From NCBI RefSeq assembly GCF_943846705.1, contig NZ_OX044366.1, forward strand, positions 1,626,996-1,690,995: a DNA stretch of 64,000 bases, in the 5' to 3' direction. The notes under the pieces were generated by a model, which did not search any database, was not told where the DNA came from, and worked only from the letters and a program-made list of their open reading frames with translations. A program made the position numbers and the translations under genes. Below, piece by piece: positions 51,305-61,083 of this stretch. The stretch comes from an uncultured Pseudomonas sp. (GTDB lineage Bacteria; Pseudomonadota; Gammaproteobacteria; Pseudomonadales; Pseudomonadaceae). The number at the start of each line of letters is the position of its first letter. The first letter of the stretch is position 1.

Positions 51305-53106
51305 AGCGGCACGCTGACCAGCACCACGATGATCTCCATCGGCAGGCCGAGACGCCAGTAGTCGCCGAAGCGGAAGCCGCCCGGGCTGAGAATCAGGGTG
51401 TTGTTCTGGTGGCCGATCGGGGTGAGGAATGAGCAGGACGCGCCGATTGCCACCGCCATCAACAGGGAGTCTGGGCTGACCCCGAGCTGGCTGGCCGCGC
51501 TTAAGGCGATCTGACACATCACCGCAGCGGTGGCGGCATTGTTCATAAAGTCCGAGAGGGTCATGGTCACCACCAGGATCAGCGTCAGCACCACCACCGG
51601 ATTACCCTGCGCCACATGCTCCATCAGCAGGCGCGCCAGCAGGTCGGCCGCGCCAGTCGCGGACATCGCTCCGGCGACTGGAATCATGGCGCCGAGCAGG
51701 ACGATCACTGGCCAGTCGATGGATTGATAGAGCAGGCGCAGGGGCACGATGCGCGCCACCATAAACACCAGCACGCCGGCGGCGAAGGCGACTGCCGCCG
51801 AGAGCACACCGAACGCGGCAAGGATCACGGCCAGCAGCATCACCCCGGCGGCGAAACTGGCCTGGGCGGGGTTAGGAATGCTGATGGCGCGGTCGGCCAG
51901 CGGCACGCAGGCATAGTCGCTGGCAAAGTCATGGATATCGGCCAGCTCGCCCTGCATGAGCAGCACGTCGCCGCGTTCGAACTGGGTCGAGCGCAGGCGC
52001 TTGATCGAGCGGTGACTCTGCCGCGAGATCGCCAGCAGGTTGATGTTGTAGCGGTGGCGCAAACGGATATTGCTGGCCGCCAAACCAATCAGTTGGGAGT
52101 CCGGGCGTACCAGCAACTCCTGCAGCACCCGGTCTTCATGATGGCTGTCTTTCTTTTCGTCCGCTTTGCTCTTGGTTGAGTCGGTTTTGTCGTCCTTGTC
52201 CTCATCTGGCGTGGCCTGTTTAGCGGCCTCGAGCTTCAAGCCGAGCTTGCTGAGCACCTCGCCGAGGACTTCAGGTTCGGCCTCGATCATCAACACGTCA
52301 TCGGCCTGGAGGATGCGCCGCGGGTTAGGGGCCGATAAACGCAGCTTGTTACGCACCATGCCTACCACTTGGGCGTCGGCCTCTTCTAGCAGCTGTTCGA
52401 CCTCGCGCAGGCTCTTGCCAACGGCCTTGGCGCCTTCCTTGACCCGCGCCTCGGTAATGTAGGTGCCGGTATCAAAGCTGGCGACTCCAGCGACTTCCCT
52501 GCGCGGCACCAGCCGCCAGCCGACCAGGCTAATAAACAGTACGCCGGCCAGGGCGACGGCCACCCCCACCGGGCTGAAATCGAACATGGCGAACGGGCCG
52601 GCACCGCTCTGTGCGCGGAAGCTCGACACGATCAAGTTGGGTGGTGTGCCGATCAACGTGGTCATGCCACCCAGAATGGTGCCAAAGGCCAGCGGCATCA
52701 GCAGGCGTCCGGGTGGCAGCTCTTGCTTGCTGGCGATCTTCAGGGCAATCGGCATCAGCAGGGCGAGTGCGCCGACGTTGTTCATAAAGGCCGATAACAC
52801 CGCGCCGAGCCCGGTCAGTGCGGCGAGCGAGAGCATGGGCCCGGCATTGGCGGGTAATACCCGTTGCGCCATGGCGTCCACTACTCCGGTTCTCTGCAAG
52901 CCGAAGCTGAGTACCAGCACGCAGGCTACGGTAATGACCGCCGGATGGCCGAAGCCGGTAAAAGCCTCCTGATCCGGCACCAGGCCGGTGATTACACAGG
53001 CCAGCAGGGCCCCGAGTGCGACTATGTCATGCCGCCAGCGGCCCCACAGAAACAAGCCCATGGTGGCGGCGAGGATGGCGAAGATCAGCCCTTGGTCTTG
53101 GCTCAT
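51280..53106 (-). CDS. SLC13/DASS-type permease with two internal TrkA-C (RCK_C) domains
   Basis: ORF-track TTG 53118 trimmed to ATG 53106 (608 aa). TM-rich halves flank a soluble central region. Confidence 0.8.
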   Translation of the reverse strand: MSQDQGLIFAILAATMGLFLWGRWRHDIVALGALLACVITGLVPDQEAFTGFGHPAVITVACVLVLSFGLQRTGVVDAMAQRVLPANAGPMLSLAALTGLGAVLSAFMNNVGALALLMPIALKIASKQELPPGRLLMPLAFGTILGGMTTLIGTPPNLIVSSFRAQSGAGPFAMFDFSPVGVAVALAGVLFISLVGWRLVPRREVAGVASFDTGTYITEARVKEGAKAVGKSLREVEQLLEEADAQVVGMVRNKLRLSAPNPRRILQADDVLMIEAEPEVLGEVLSKLGLKLEAAKQATPDEDKDDKTDSTKSKADEKKDSHHEDRVLQELLVRPDSQLIGLAASNIRLRHRYNINLLAISRQSHRSIKRLRSTQFERGDVLLMQGELADIHDFASDYACVPLADRAISIPNPAQASFAAGVMLLAVILAAFGVLSAAVAFAAGVLVFMVARIVPLRLLYQSIDWPVIVLLGAMIPVAGAMSATGAADLLARLLMEHVAQGNPVVVLTLILVVTMTLSDFMNNAATAAVMCQIALSAASQLGVSPDSLLMAVAIGASCSFLTPIGHQNNTLILSPGGFRFGDYWRLGLPMEIIVVLVSVPLLLLVWPL

Positions 53107-53198
53107 GCGAGGAAGCAATCCTTAGAAATGGGTCACTGGAGGCAGTGGCTTAGCAAAACACGCCTGGCGCGTCGGGTACATCACCTACTCGCGCAGGC

Positions 53199-54383
53199 TC
53201 AAGCATATTGCGCCGCCGCGTAGCCCGAGGCCCAGGCCCATTGGAAATTGAAACCGCCCAAATGACCACTGACGTCGAGCACCTCACCGACAAAATACAG
53301 CCCTGGTGATTTTAGCGATTCCATGGTTTTTGATGAGACCTCGCGGGTGTCGACGCCACCCAAGGTGACTTCGGCGGTGCGGTAGCCCTCGGTACCGGCC
53401 GGCACCAGCTGCCAGTCGCCGAGCTGTTCGGCAATCGCCTTGAGTTCGCCATGGGTATATTGCTTCAGCGGCTTGGAGGCGAACCAGTTGTCCGCCAGCA
53501 GCCCGGCCATCTTCTTGGTGAAGAGTTCAGCCAGCAGGGTTTTCAGCTCGCTGTTGGGGCGTTCGCGTTGCTGCTGCGTCAGCCACTCAGGCAGGTCGAT
53601 GTGCGGCAGCAGGTTGATGCTGATGGCGTCCCCGGGTTGCCAGAATGAGGAAATCTGCAAGATCGCCGGGCCGCTGAGGCCGCGGTGAGTAAACAGGATA
53701 TTTTCCTTGAAGCTCTGGCCGTTGCAGCTCACCAGGCAGTCTTCCACCGAGGTGCCGGACAGCTCGGTGCACAGCGCCTTTAGTTGTGGGTCGGTAATGG
53801 TGAAGGGCACCAGGCCAGCACGGGTTGGCAGCAGGCTGTGGCCGAACTGCTTGGCCACCTGATAGCCGAAGCCGGTAGCGCCGAGCGTTGGAATCGACAG
53901 ACCGCCGGTGGCGATCACCAAGGACTCGCAGCGCACCGCGCCAGCGCTGGTCTGTAACTGATAGCCGCTGTCCAGTTTGGCAATCTCGTGGACCGAGGTG
54001 TCCAGGCGCAGCTCGACGCCGGCGTCAGCGCACTCGCTGAGCAGCAGGCCGAGAATGTCGCTGGATTTGTTGTCGCAGAACAGCTGGCCGAGTTTCTTCT
54101 CGTGGTACGGCACACCGTGCTTGGCCACCAGGCCGATAAAGTCCCACTGGGTGTAACGCGCCAGGGCGGATTTGCAGAAGTGTGGGTTTTCCGAGAGAAA
54201 GTTGCTGGGTTCGCTGTACATATTGGTGAAGTTACAGCGCCCACCACCGGACATCAGGATCTTCTTGCCGGCTTTGTTGGCGTGATCCAGCAGCAGCACC
54301 TGGCGGCCGCGCGCGGCCGCCGTCAGCGCGCACATAAGCCCGGCGGCACCGGCTCCGATAATCACGACCTGGGGTGTAAGCAC
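53199..54383 (-). CDS. NAD(P)/FAD-dependent oxidoreductase, HI0933/YhiN (BaiN-like) family
   Basis: Start moved to GTG 54383 (GAGGA 7 nt upstream; 394 aa). N-terminal VVIIGAGAAG Rossmann motif. Confidence 0.8.
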   Translation of the reverse strand: MLTPQVVIIGAGAAGLMCALTAAARGRQVLLLDHANKAGKKILMSGGGRCNFTNMYSEPSNFLSENPHFCKSALARYTQWDFIGLVAKHGVPYHEKKLGQLFCDNKSSDILGLLLSECADAGVELRLDTSVHEIAKLDSGYQLQTSAGAVRCESLVIATGGLSIPTLGATGFGYQVAKQFGHSLLPTRAGLVPFTITDPQLKALCTELSGTSVEDCLVSCNGQSFKENILFTHRGLSGPAILQISSFWQPGDAISINLLPHIDLPEWLTQQQRERPNSELKTLLAELFTKKMAGLLADNWFASKPLKQYTHGELKAIAEQLGDWQLVPAGTEGYRTAEVTLGGVDTREVSSKTMESLKSPGLYFVGEVLDVSGHLGGFNFQWAWASGYAAAQYA

Positions 54384-54661
54384 GACTATTTCCTCAACAT
54401 GCGGCGCGCGCCAAGGCTGGCGCAAAACAGCGCGCATCTTAACTGATGGCTGTGCGGCTGGCAGCGTTTCGGCCGGTGCTTACCACCAGCAGTTACACCT
54501 ACAGCGCAGGTTGTAGGCGTAATACAGACGCAAGTCAGCGTGGTGCCGCACGCTGCCTCGCCAAGACAGCTTGCTGGCGTGGCGTAAGACAGCGAAAACC
54601 CGCATGAGAAGGCTGTCAGCGCGGCCGCGTCGCCGCACCGAGGTCGTTTTTACACCGGTAA

Positions 54662-56041
54662 TTACAGGGCGCGCACGCGCAGCGAGCGACCCTTGATCTT
54701 GCCTTCACTGAGGCACTTGAGCGCCCGCACGGCCACGCTGCGCTCAACGGCGACATAAGCCTGGAAGTCGAAGATAGCGATCTTGCCGACCTGCGCGCCG
54801 GGGATGCCAGTCTCGCCAGTGAGGGCGCCGAGAATGTCGCCGGGGCGCAATTTGTCTTTGCGTCCCGCGCCGATGCACAGCGTAGTCATGGGCGGCTGCA
54901 ACGGTGCGCCGCCCTGGTGCTTCAGGCTGCTCAGCGGGTGCCAGTTGAGCGGCGCCCGTTGCAGGGTTTCGATGGCCTGGGCACGGTGGCCTTCGGCCGG
55001 GGCAACCAGGCTCATGGCCAGGCCTTTCTCGCCGGCACGACCGGTACGGCCGACGCGGTGAATGTGGATTTCCGAATCGCGTGCCAGTTCGACGTTGATC
55101 ACCATGTCCAGGGCGTCGATATCCAGGCCGCGCGCGGCCACATCGGTGGCCACCAGTACGGAGAGGCTGCGGTTGGCAAACATCGCCAGCACCTGGTCGC
55201 GGTCACGCTGCTCCAGGTCACCGTTCAGCGCGGCGGCCGAGATGCCTTTGGCGGTCAGGTGGTCGACCACTTCCTGGCACTGCTGCTTGGTGAAGCAGAA
55301 GGCCACGCAGGACTGTGGGCGGTAGCAGTTGAGCAGCTTGACCACGGCCTCCATGCGCTCTTCAGGGGCGATCTCGTAGAAGCGTTGCTCGATCTGCGTG
55401 TCGTCGTGCAACGCATCGGCCTTGACCTGCTGCGGGTCGCGCATAAAGGTCGCGGACAGCTGCTTGATGCCGCTCGGATAAGTGGCGGAGAACAACAGGG
55501 TCTGCCGGCGTGTCGGGGTTTGGCTGATGATCTCGGCGATGCTGTCGTAGAAGCCCATGTCGAGCATGCGGTCGGCTTCATCGAGGACCAGGGTGTTGAG
55601 GCCGTCGAGTTTCAGCGTGCCCTTGCTCAGGTGTTGCTGAATGCGCCCAGGGGTGCCGACGATGATTTGCGCGCCGTGTTCCAGCGAGCCGATTTGCGGG
55701 CCGAACGGCACGCCGCCACACAGGGTGAGAATCTTGATGTTGTCGGCCGAGCGCGCCAGGCGGCGCAGCTCTTTGGCCACTTGGTCGGCCAACTCGCGGG
55801 TTGGGCAGATCACCAGCGCCTGGCAACCGAAGTAGCGTGGGTTGAGCGGGTTGAGCAGGCCAATACCAAACGCGGCGGTCTTGCCGCTGCCGGTCTTGGC
55901 CTGGGCAATCAGGTCCATGCCCTTGAGCATTACCGGCAGGCTCTGCGCTTGAATCGGAGTCATCTCGGTGTAACCGAGGGACTCGAGGTTCGCCAGCATG
56001 GCGGGGGAAAGCGGCAGAGAAGAAAAAGCGGTGTTGGTCAC
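54662..56041 (-). CDS. dbpA: ATP-dependent RNA helicase DbpA
   Basis: 459 aa. AKTGSGKT, DEAD, SAT and HRVGRTGRAG, plus a C-terminal DbpA-type RNA-binding domain. Confidence 0.9.
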   Translation of the reverse strand: MTNTAFSSLPLSPAMLANLESLGYTEMTPIQAQSLPVMLKGMDLIAQAKTGSGKTAAFGIGLLNPLNPRYFGCQALVICPTRELADQVAKELRRLARSADNIKILTLCGGVPFGPQIGSLEHGAQIIVGTPGRIQQHLSKGTLKLDGLNTLVLDEADRMLDMGFYDSIAEIISQTPTRRQTLLFSATYPSGIKQLSATFMRDPQQVKADALHDDTQIEQRFYEIAPEERMEAVVKLLNCYRPQSCVAFCFTKQQCQEVVDHLTAKGISAAALNGDLEQRDRDQVLAMFANRSLSVLVATDVAARGLDIDALDMVINVELARDSEIHIHRVGRTGRAGEKGLAMSLVAPAEGHRAQAIETLQRAPLNWHPLSSLKHQGGAPLQPPMTTLCIGAGRKDKLRPGDILGALTGETGIPGAQVGKIAIFDFQAYVAVERSVAVRALKCLSEGKIKGRSLRVRAL

Positions 56042-56130
56042 GGTACAGGCCTGCTAAACGAAATGGCGTGCAGTGTAACAGGCTGGGCAGCAGGCCTCGT
56101 TGCTAACAGCTGGTCGGTGCGCAGCCGGTT

Positions 56131-58350
56131 CTAGAACAGGTCGATCGGATCGACGTCGAGCGACCAGCGCACTGCACGGCCGCTGGGCATCTGTTCCAGG
56201 GCCAGCATCCAGCTGTTGAGCAGGCGGTGCAGCGGCGCGCGGGCGTTGGCCTGCAGTAGTAACTGCGCGCGGTAGCGGCCGGCGCGGCGTTCCATCGGTG
56301 CGGGAACGGGGCCGAGCAGTTCAATGCCGCTGAGCTGCAGTTCGCCGAGGAGCAGCTCCGCTTCTGTGCAGGCATCGTCGAGAAACCCTTCGGCCTGCCC
56401 GGGGTTATGCGCTTCGGCGCGCAGCAGGGCGAGATGGCAGAACGGCGGCAGGCCCGCGCCACGGCGTTCGCTGAGGGCTTGTTCGGCGAAGGCGAAGTAG
56501 CCTTGTTCGGTCAGCTGCACCAATAACGGATGGTCGGCCAGGTGGCTCTGGATAATCACCTTGCCCGGCTCCTCGGCGCGCCCGGCGCGGCCGGCGACCT
56601 GCACGATCAGCTGGGCCATGCGCTCGCTGGCGCGGAAATCCGCGGAAAACAGCCCGCCGTCAGCATCCAGAATCGCCACCAGGGTGACGCGGGGGAAGTG
56701 GTGGCCCTTGGCGAGCATCTGCGTGCCGACCAGGATGCACGGTTCACCGCGCTGCACGGTGTTGAACAGCGTGGTCATGGCCTCTTTACGTGAGGTGCTG
56801 TCGCGATCGACGCGCAGCACCGGCACGTCCGGGAACAACGTCTCCAGACGCTCTTCCGCACGCTCAGTGCCGGCCCCCACCGGACGCAGGTCGACGTTGT
56901 TGCACTTCGGACAGTTGCTCGGCTGGCGCTCGGCGTGCCCGCAGTGATGGCAGCGCAGCTCGCGTGAGCGCTGGTGCACGGTCATCCGCGCATCGCAACG
57001 CGGGCATTCCGATAGCCAGCCGCAGTCATGGCACAGCAGGGTCGGGGCGAAGCCACGGCGGTTGAGGAACACCAGCACCTGCTGACCCGCTTGCAGGGTC
57101 TGGGCGATGGCTTGTTGCATCGGCCCGGAGATGCCGGAATCCAGCGGTCGGCTTTTCACGTCCAAACGCAGAAAACGCGGCTGCTTGGCCCCGCCGGCAC
57201 GCTCGCGCAGGTGCAGCAGGGCGTAGCGGCCGTTATGGGCGTTGTGCAGGCTCTCCAGCGAGGGCGTGGCCGAACCGAGCACAATCGGGATGTTCTCTTG
57301 ATGGGCGCGCACCACGGCCAGGTCGCGGGCGTGATAGCGCAGGCCCTCTTGCTGCTTATAAGAGGCGTCGTGTTCTTCATCGATGATGATCAGCCCCGGC
57401 CGCTGCATGGGGGTGAACAGTGCCGAGCGGGTGCCGATGATGATGTCGGCTTCGCCATCGCGGGCGGCCAGCCAGGCGTCCAAGCGTTCACGGTCATTGA
57501 CTGCCGAATGCAGCAGGGCGATGCGCGCATTGAAACGCTGCTCGAAGCGCGCCAAGGTCTGCGGGCCGAGGTTGATTTCCGGGATCAGCACCAGGGCCTG
57601 CTTGCCGGCCTCCAGGGTTTCGCGGATCAGCTGTAGGTACACCTCGGTCTTGCCGCTGCCGGTGACGCCGGCCAAGAGAAAGGCGTTGAAGCTGTCGAGG
57701 CCCGAGCGGATCGCTTCGGTGGCAGCGCGTTGCTCGGCATTCAGCGGCAGTTCCGGCTGTGCCAGCCACTTGGCGTGGCGCTCGCTGGGGGCATGACGGC
57801 GCACGTCGACCTGCACCAGACCTTTCTCCAACAGCAGGTCGAGGCTGTCCTTGTTCAGTTGCAGTTTGCTCAGCAGTGCGTGAGCGACGCCATGCGGGTG
57901 CTGCGCGAGGGTTTGCAGCGCCTCACGCTGGCGCGGTGCGCGACTCAGGCGAGGGTCATCGAGCTGTGCGCCCTCGACGACGGACCAGAAGCGCTGCTGG
58001 CGCACTTCCGCCGGTTCGCCCTGGCGCAGCAGCACCGGCAGCGCCCAGTTCAGGGTGTCGCCGAGGCTGTGCTGGTAGTACTGCGCGGTCCACAGGCACA
58101 GTTTGAACAACGCCGGCGGCAGCGGTGATTGGGCGTCGAGCAGCTGCAGGGCAGGCTTGAGTTTGTCCGCCGGCACCTCGCTGTGATCCGTCACCTCAAT
58201 CAGAATACCGATCATCTCGCGCCGCCCGAACGGCACGCGCAGCCGCGCGCCCGGCTGCAGCGCGCTGCGCGCTACCCCGGCGGGGGCGCGGTAGTCGAAC
58301 AGGCGGCGCAGAGGCGAGGGCAAGGCGAGGCGCAGAATGACGTCGGGCAC
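56131..58350 (-). CDS. priA: Primosomal replication-restart helicase PriA
   Basis: Start moved to GTG 58350 (GGAG 7 nt upstream; 739 aa; MPDVILRLALPSPL). GVTGSGKT, DEEH and a Cys-rich zinc region (CHDCGW, CPRCD, CHHCG, CPKC). Confidence 0.92.
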   Translation of the reverse strand: MPDVILRLALPSPLRRLFDYRAPAGVARSALQPGARLRVPFGRREMIGILIEVTDHSEVPADKLKPALQLLDAQSPLPPALFKLCLWTAQYYQHSLGDTLNWALPVLLRQGEPAEVRQQRFWSVVEGAQLDDPRLSRAPRQREALQTLAQHPHGVAHALLSKLQLNKDSLDLLLEKGLVQVDVRRHAPSERHAKWLAQPELPLNAEQRAATEAIRSGLDSFNAFLLAGVTGSGKTEVYLQLIRETLEAGKQALVLIPEINLGPQTLARFEQRFNARIALLHSAVNDRERLDAWLAARDGEADIIIGTRSALFTPMQRPGLIIIDEEHDASYKQQEGLRYHARDLAVVRAHQENIPIVLGSATPSLESLHNAHNGRYALLHLRERAGGAKQPRFLRLDVKSRPLDSGISGPMQQAIAQTLQAGQQVLVFLNRRGFAPTLLCHDCGWLSECPRCDARMTVHQRSRELRCHHCGHAERQPSNCPKCNNVDLRPVGAGTERAEERLETLFPDVPVLRVDRDSTSRKEAMTTLFNTVQRGEPCILVGTQMLAKGHHFPRVTLVAILDADGGLFSADFRASERMAQLIVQVAGRAGRAEEPGKVIIQSHLADHPLLVQLTEQGYFAFAEQALSERRGAGLPPFCHLALLRAEAHNPGQAEGFLDDACTEAELLLGELQLSGIELLGPVPAPMERRAGRYRAQLLLQANARAPLHRLLNSWMLALEQMPSGRAVRWSLDVDPIDLF

Positions 58351-58505
58351 GCAAAGGCTCCAGCGGAAAGGGCAGGATCTTAGCACGCAGCCAGTCGACG
58401 GCCGGCCTTGCGTCACTGCTGTGAGCTGGTATTATCGCCGGCCTAATTCCGCGCGGTACCTGACAATAGTGTCTGGTGGCGGCGTGACAGCCCTGAGGAA
58501 TCACC

Positions 58506-58721
58506 ATGAAAGCCGATATCCACCCGAACTATGTAGCCATCACCGCCACTTGCAGCTGTGGCAACGTGATTGAAACTCGCTCCACCCTGGGCAAAGCACT
58601 GCCTCTGGACGTGTGCAACGAGTGCCACCCGTTCTACACCGGTAAGCAGAAAATGCTGGATACCGGCGGCCGTGTTGATCGCTTCAAGCAGCGTTTCGGC
58701 ATGTTCGGCGCCAAGCAGTAA
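58506..58721 (+). CDS. rpmE: 50S ribosomal protein L31 (Cys-containing, zinc-ribbon type)
   Basis: 71 aa: [49 protein letters not shown]. Confidence 0.97.
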   Translation: MKADIHPNYVAITATCSCGNVIETRSTLGKALPLDVCNECHPFYTGKQKMLDTGGRVDRFKQRFGMFGAKQ

Positions 58722-58747
58722 GCTTGCGCGCAGCGCCGCAGACCCGC

Positions 58748-59548
58748 ATGGGTTGCACCGCGCTACTGAAAAAGGCGTCCCTAGTGGGCGCCTTTTTTGT
58801 GTGCGGCATTTATCTCGATGCCGCGCTGGCGTTGTGCCCCGCACCGGGCAATTTGCCGAGCGTCACGGTGCAGCGCGTGGTGGACGGCGACACCTTGCGC
58901 CTGGCCGACGGCCGTTCTGTCCGCTTGATCGGCCTGAATACGCCGGAGTTGGGCCGTCAGGGGCGCAGCGCTGAGCCCTTTGCCGAGCAGGCCCGCCAGC
59001 GCTTGCAGGCGTTGCTGGCGGCCAGTGACGGGCGCGTCGCCTTACAAGTCGGCCAGCAGGGTAAAGATCATTACGGGCGCACCCTGGCGCATGTTTATGA
59101 CAACCGTGGCCGCAATCTGGAAGCACAGTTGCTCAGCGAAGGCTTGGGCTATCAGGTGGCTGTGACGCCTAATCTGGCTTTGGTGCGCTGCCAGCAAGCT
59201 GCCGAACGCAGTGCGCGGCAGGCGCGTGCTGGGCTCTGGCGGCGCTCGCCCGTGCAAGCGCCCGCGCAGCTGAAACAGGGTGGTTTTGCCTTGGTGCAGG
59301 GGCGTATTAAGCGTATCGAAGGCAATGGCGCCGGGTTGTGGCTGGAGATGGCTGACGGCCTGGTGCTGCATATCGCCCGCCGTGCGCTGGACAATTTTGA
59401 CCGGCGCGCTGTCCAAGGGCTTGAGGGGCGTCAGGTCGAAGCCCGTGGTTGGGTGATTGATCGCGCCAAACGTGGCGGTTTGCGTAAGGCTCAGGCGCGC
59501 TGGATGCTACCGTTGACGGACAAGTCCATGTTGGAGGTGCTGCCATGA
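58748..59548 (+). CDS. Thermonuclease (SNase-like) family protein, probably exported; start uncertain
   Basis: SNase blocks VVDGDTLRL and VRLIGLNTPE. Possible starts are ATG 58748 (gives a KK plus hydrophobic signal peptide but includes the rpmE terminator), GTG 58784 or GTG 58799. The stop overlaps the next ATG (ATGA). Confidence 0.7.
   Translation: MGCTALLKKASLVGAFFVCGIYLDAALALCPAPGNLPSVTVQRVVDGDTLRLADGRSVRLIGLNTPELGRQGRSAEPFAEQARQRLQALLAASDGRVALQVGQQGKDHYGRTLAHVYDNRGRNLEAQLLSEGLGYQVAVTPNLALVRCQQAAERSARQARAGLWRRSPVQAPAQLKQGGFALVQGRIKRIEGNGAGLWLEMADGLVLHIARRALDNFDRRAVQGLEGRQVEARGWVIDRAKRGGLRKAQARWMLPLTDKSMLEVLP
58769..58798 (+). terminator. Intrinsic terminator of rpmE
   Basis: AAAAAGGCG(t)CC-ctagtg-GGCGCCTTTTTT: a GC stem followed by T6. 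Confidence 0.85.
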
Positions 59549-60981
59549 TCATGCGTATATGGTTATTACTGGTGTTGCTGCAATTGGCCGGGTGCGCGGT
59601 TAATCCAGCCACTGGGCAAAGCAACTTCGTGATGATGAGCGAGCAGCAAGAGCTCGACCTCGGTCGCCGCTACAACCAGCAGATCCTCAAAGAAAACCCG
59701 CGTTACGCCGACGAAAAACTGCAGGCCTACGTACAGCAGGTCGGTGAGCGGGTGGCCAAGTACAGCCACCGTAGCCAGTTGGCCTATCAGTTCACCGTGG
59801 TCGACAGTCCGGATATCAACGCCTTTGCCTTGCCGGGCGGCTACATCTATATCCATCGCGGGCTGCTCGCCTATCTCAGTTCTGAGGCCGAGTTGGCGGC
59901 CGTGCTGGGCCATGAAGTGGGCCACGTAACTGCGCGGCACAGCGTTCAGCAGCAAAGCCAGTCCACCGCCTGGGGGCTGCTTGGTCAGGCCGTGGCAATT
60001 GGCACGGGCGTCGGTGCGGCCGCTGATGTCACCGGGGCATTGGGCGGCGCTATTGTGCGCGGCTATGGTCGTGACATGGAGCTTGAGGCGGACGGCCTGG
60101 GCGCGCAGTACTTGGCGCGCAGCGGTTATGACCCGCAGGCGATGATCGAAGTGGTCAAGGTGCTGAAAAACCAGGAAGACTTCGCGCGCGACCAGGCCGC
60201 GGAGCGCGGTGAGGCGCAGCCTGCCGGCGGTTATCACGGAGTTTTTGATACACACCCGGATAACGACCGCCGCCTGCAACAGGTGCTGGGTCCGGCGCGT
60301 GCCTTGGCCACTGGCCAGCAGGAGGTTAATCGCGAAGCCTTTCTCAAGCGCCTGGAAGGTTTGCCTTTTGGTGACTCCGCTGAAACCGGTGTACGTCGTG
60401 GTCAGCGTTTCTACCATGCGCCGCTGAACTTTACCCTGGCTTACCCAAAGGGCTGGACGCTGATCAATCGCCCGGACGCGCTGATCGGGCATACCGCCGA
60501 TCAGCAGGCGTTTATCGCGATGACGCTGGAAGCTAACCCGCAGCAGCTAGCGCCCGCGCAGTTGCTCCGCCAGCGCGCGGGCAATCAGCGCCTGGTGGCA
60601 GGCGTCGAGTTACAGCAGGCCGGTCTACAGGGCTACAGCGCGGTAATTCCGGGTAACGCGGCCAAGCGCGTGGCGATCATTCAGCACGGCGCACAGTCAT
60701 ATTTGTTTGTTGCGGCGGTGCGTGGGCGGGCCGCGCTGGAAAGCCAGGATGAGCAGTTTTTAAGCGTGATCAAAAGCTTTCGGCCGATGAGCCGTGCCGA
60801 GCGTAAAGAGGCGCAGCCGTTGCGCTTGCACATGGTCAAGGTCAAGTCCGGGCAAACCCTTGAGGCGCTGGCCAAAGGCAGTAAATTGCCGGGTGATACG
60901 CTGAAGGCGCTGCGCTTGTTGAATAACCTCTATCCGTCAGGTCAGCCGCGTGCGGGCGATTGGCTGAAGGTCGTGCGCTAG
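59545..60981 (+). CDS. M48-family zinc metalloprotease lipoprotein with C-terminal LysM domain
   Basis: 478 aa. Lipobox LQLAGC, HEVGH motif and a C-terminal LysM-like segment (HMVKVKSGQTLEALAK...GDWLKVV). Confidence 0.85.
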   Translation: MIMRIWLLLVLLQLAGCAVNPATGQSNFVMMSEQQELDLGRRYNQQILKENPRYADEKLQAYVQQVGERVAKYSHRSQLAYQFTVVDSPDINAFALPGGYIYIHRGLLAYLSSEAELAAVLGHEVGHVTARHSVQQQSQSTAWGLLGQAVAIGTGVGAAADVTGALGGAIVRGYGRDMELEADGLGAQYLARSGYDPQAMIEVVKVLKNQEDFARDQAAERGEAQPAGGYHGVFDTHPDNDRRLQQVLGPARALATGQQEVNREAFLKRLEGLPFGDSAETGVRRGQRFYHAPLNFTLAYPKGWTLINRPDALIGHTADQQAFIAMTLEANPQQLAPAQLLRQRAGNQRLVAGVELQQAGLQGYSAVIPGNAAKRVAIIQHGAQSYLFVAAVRGRAALESQDEQFLSVIKSFRPMSRAERKEAQPLRLHMVKVKSGQTLEALAKGSKLPGDTLKALRLLNNLYPSGQPRAGDWLKVVR

Positions 60982-61083
60982 GGCCTGCGTGCGTATCCGG
61001 ACTTAGCAGTCTTGTGCAGTTGTATACAACTTGCGTATCCTCGGCCGCCTGCCTGTTCAACAGCCCAAAGCGGAAATGCCCAT

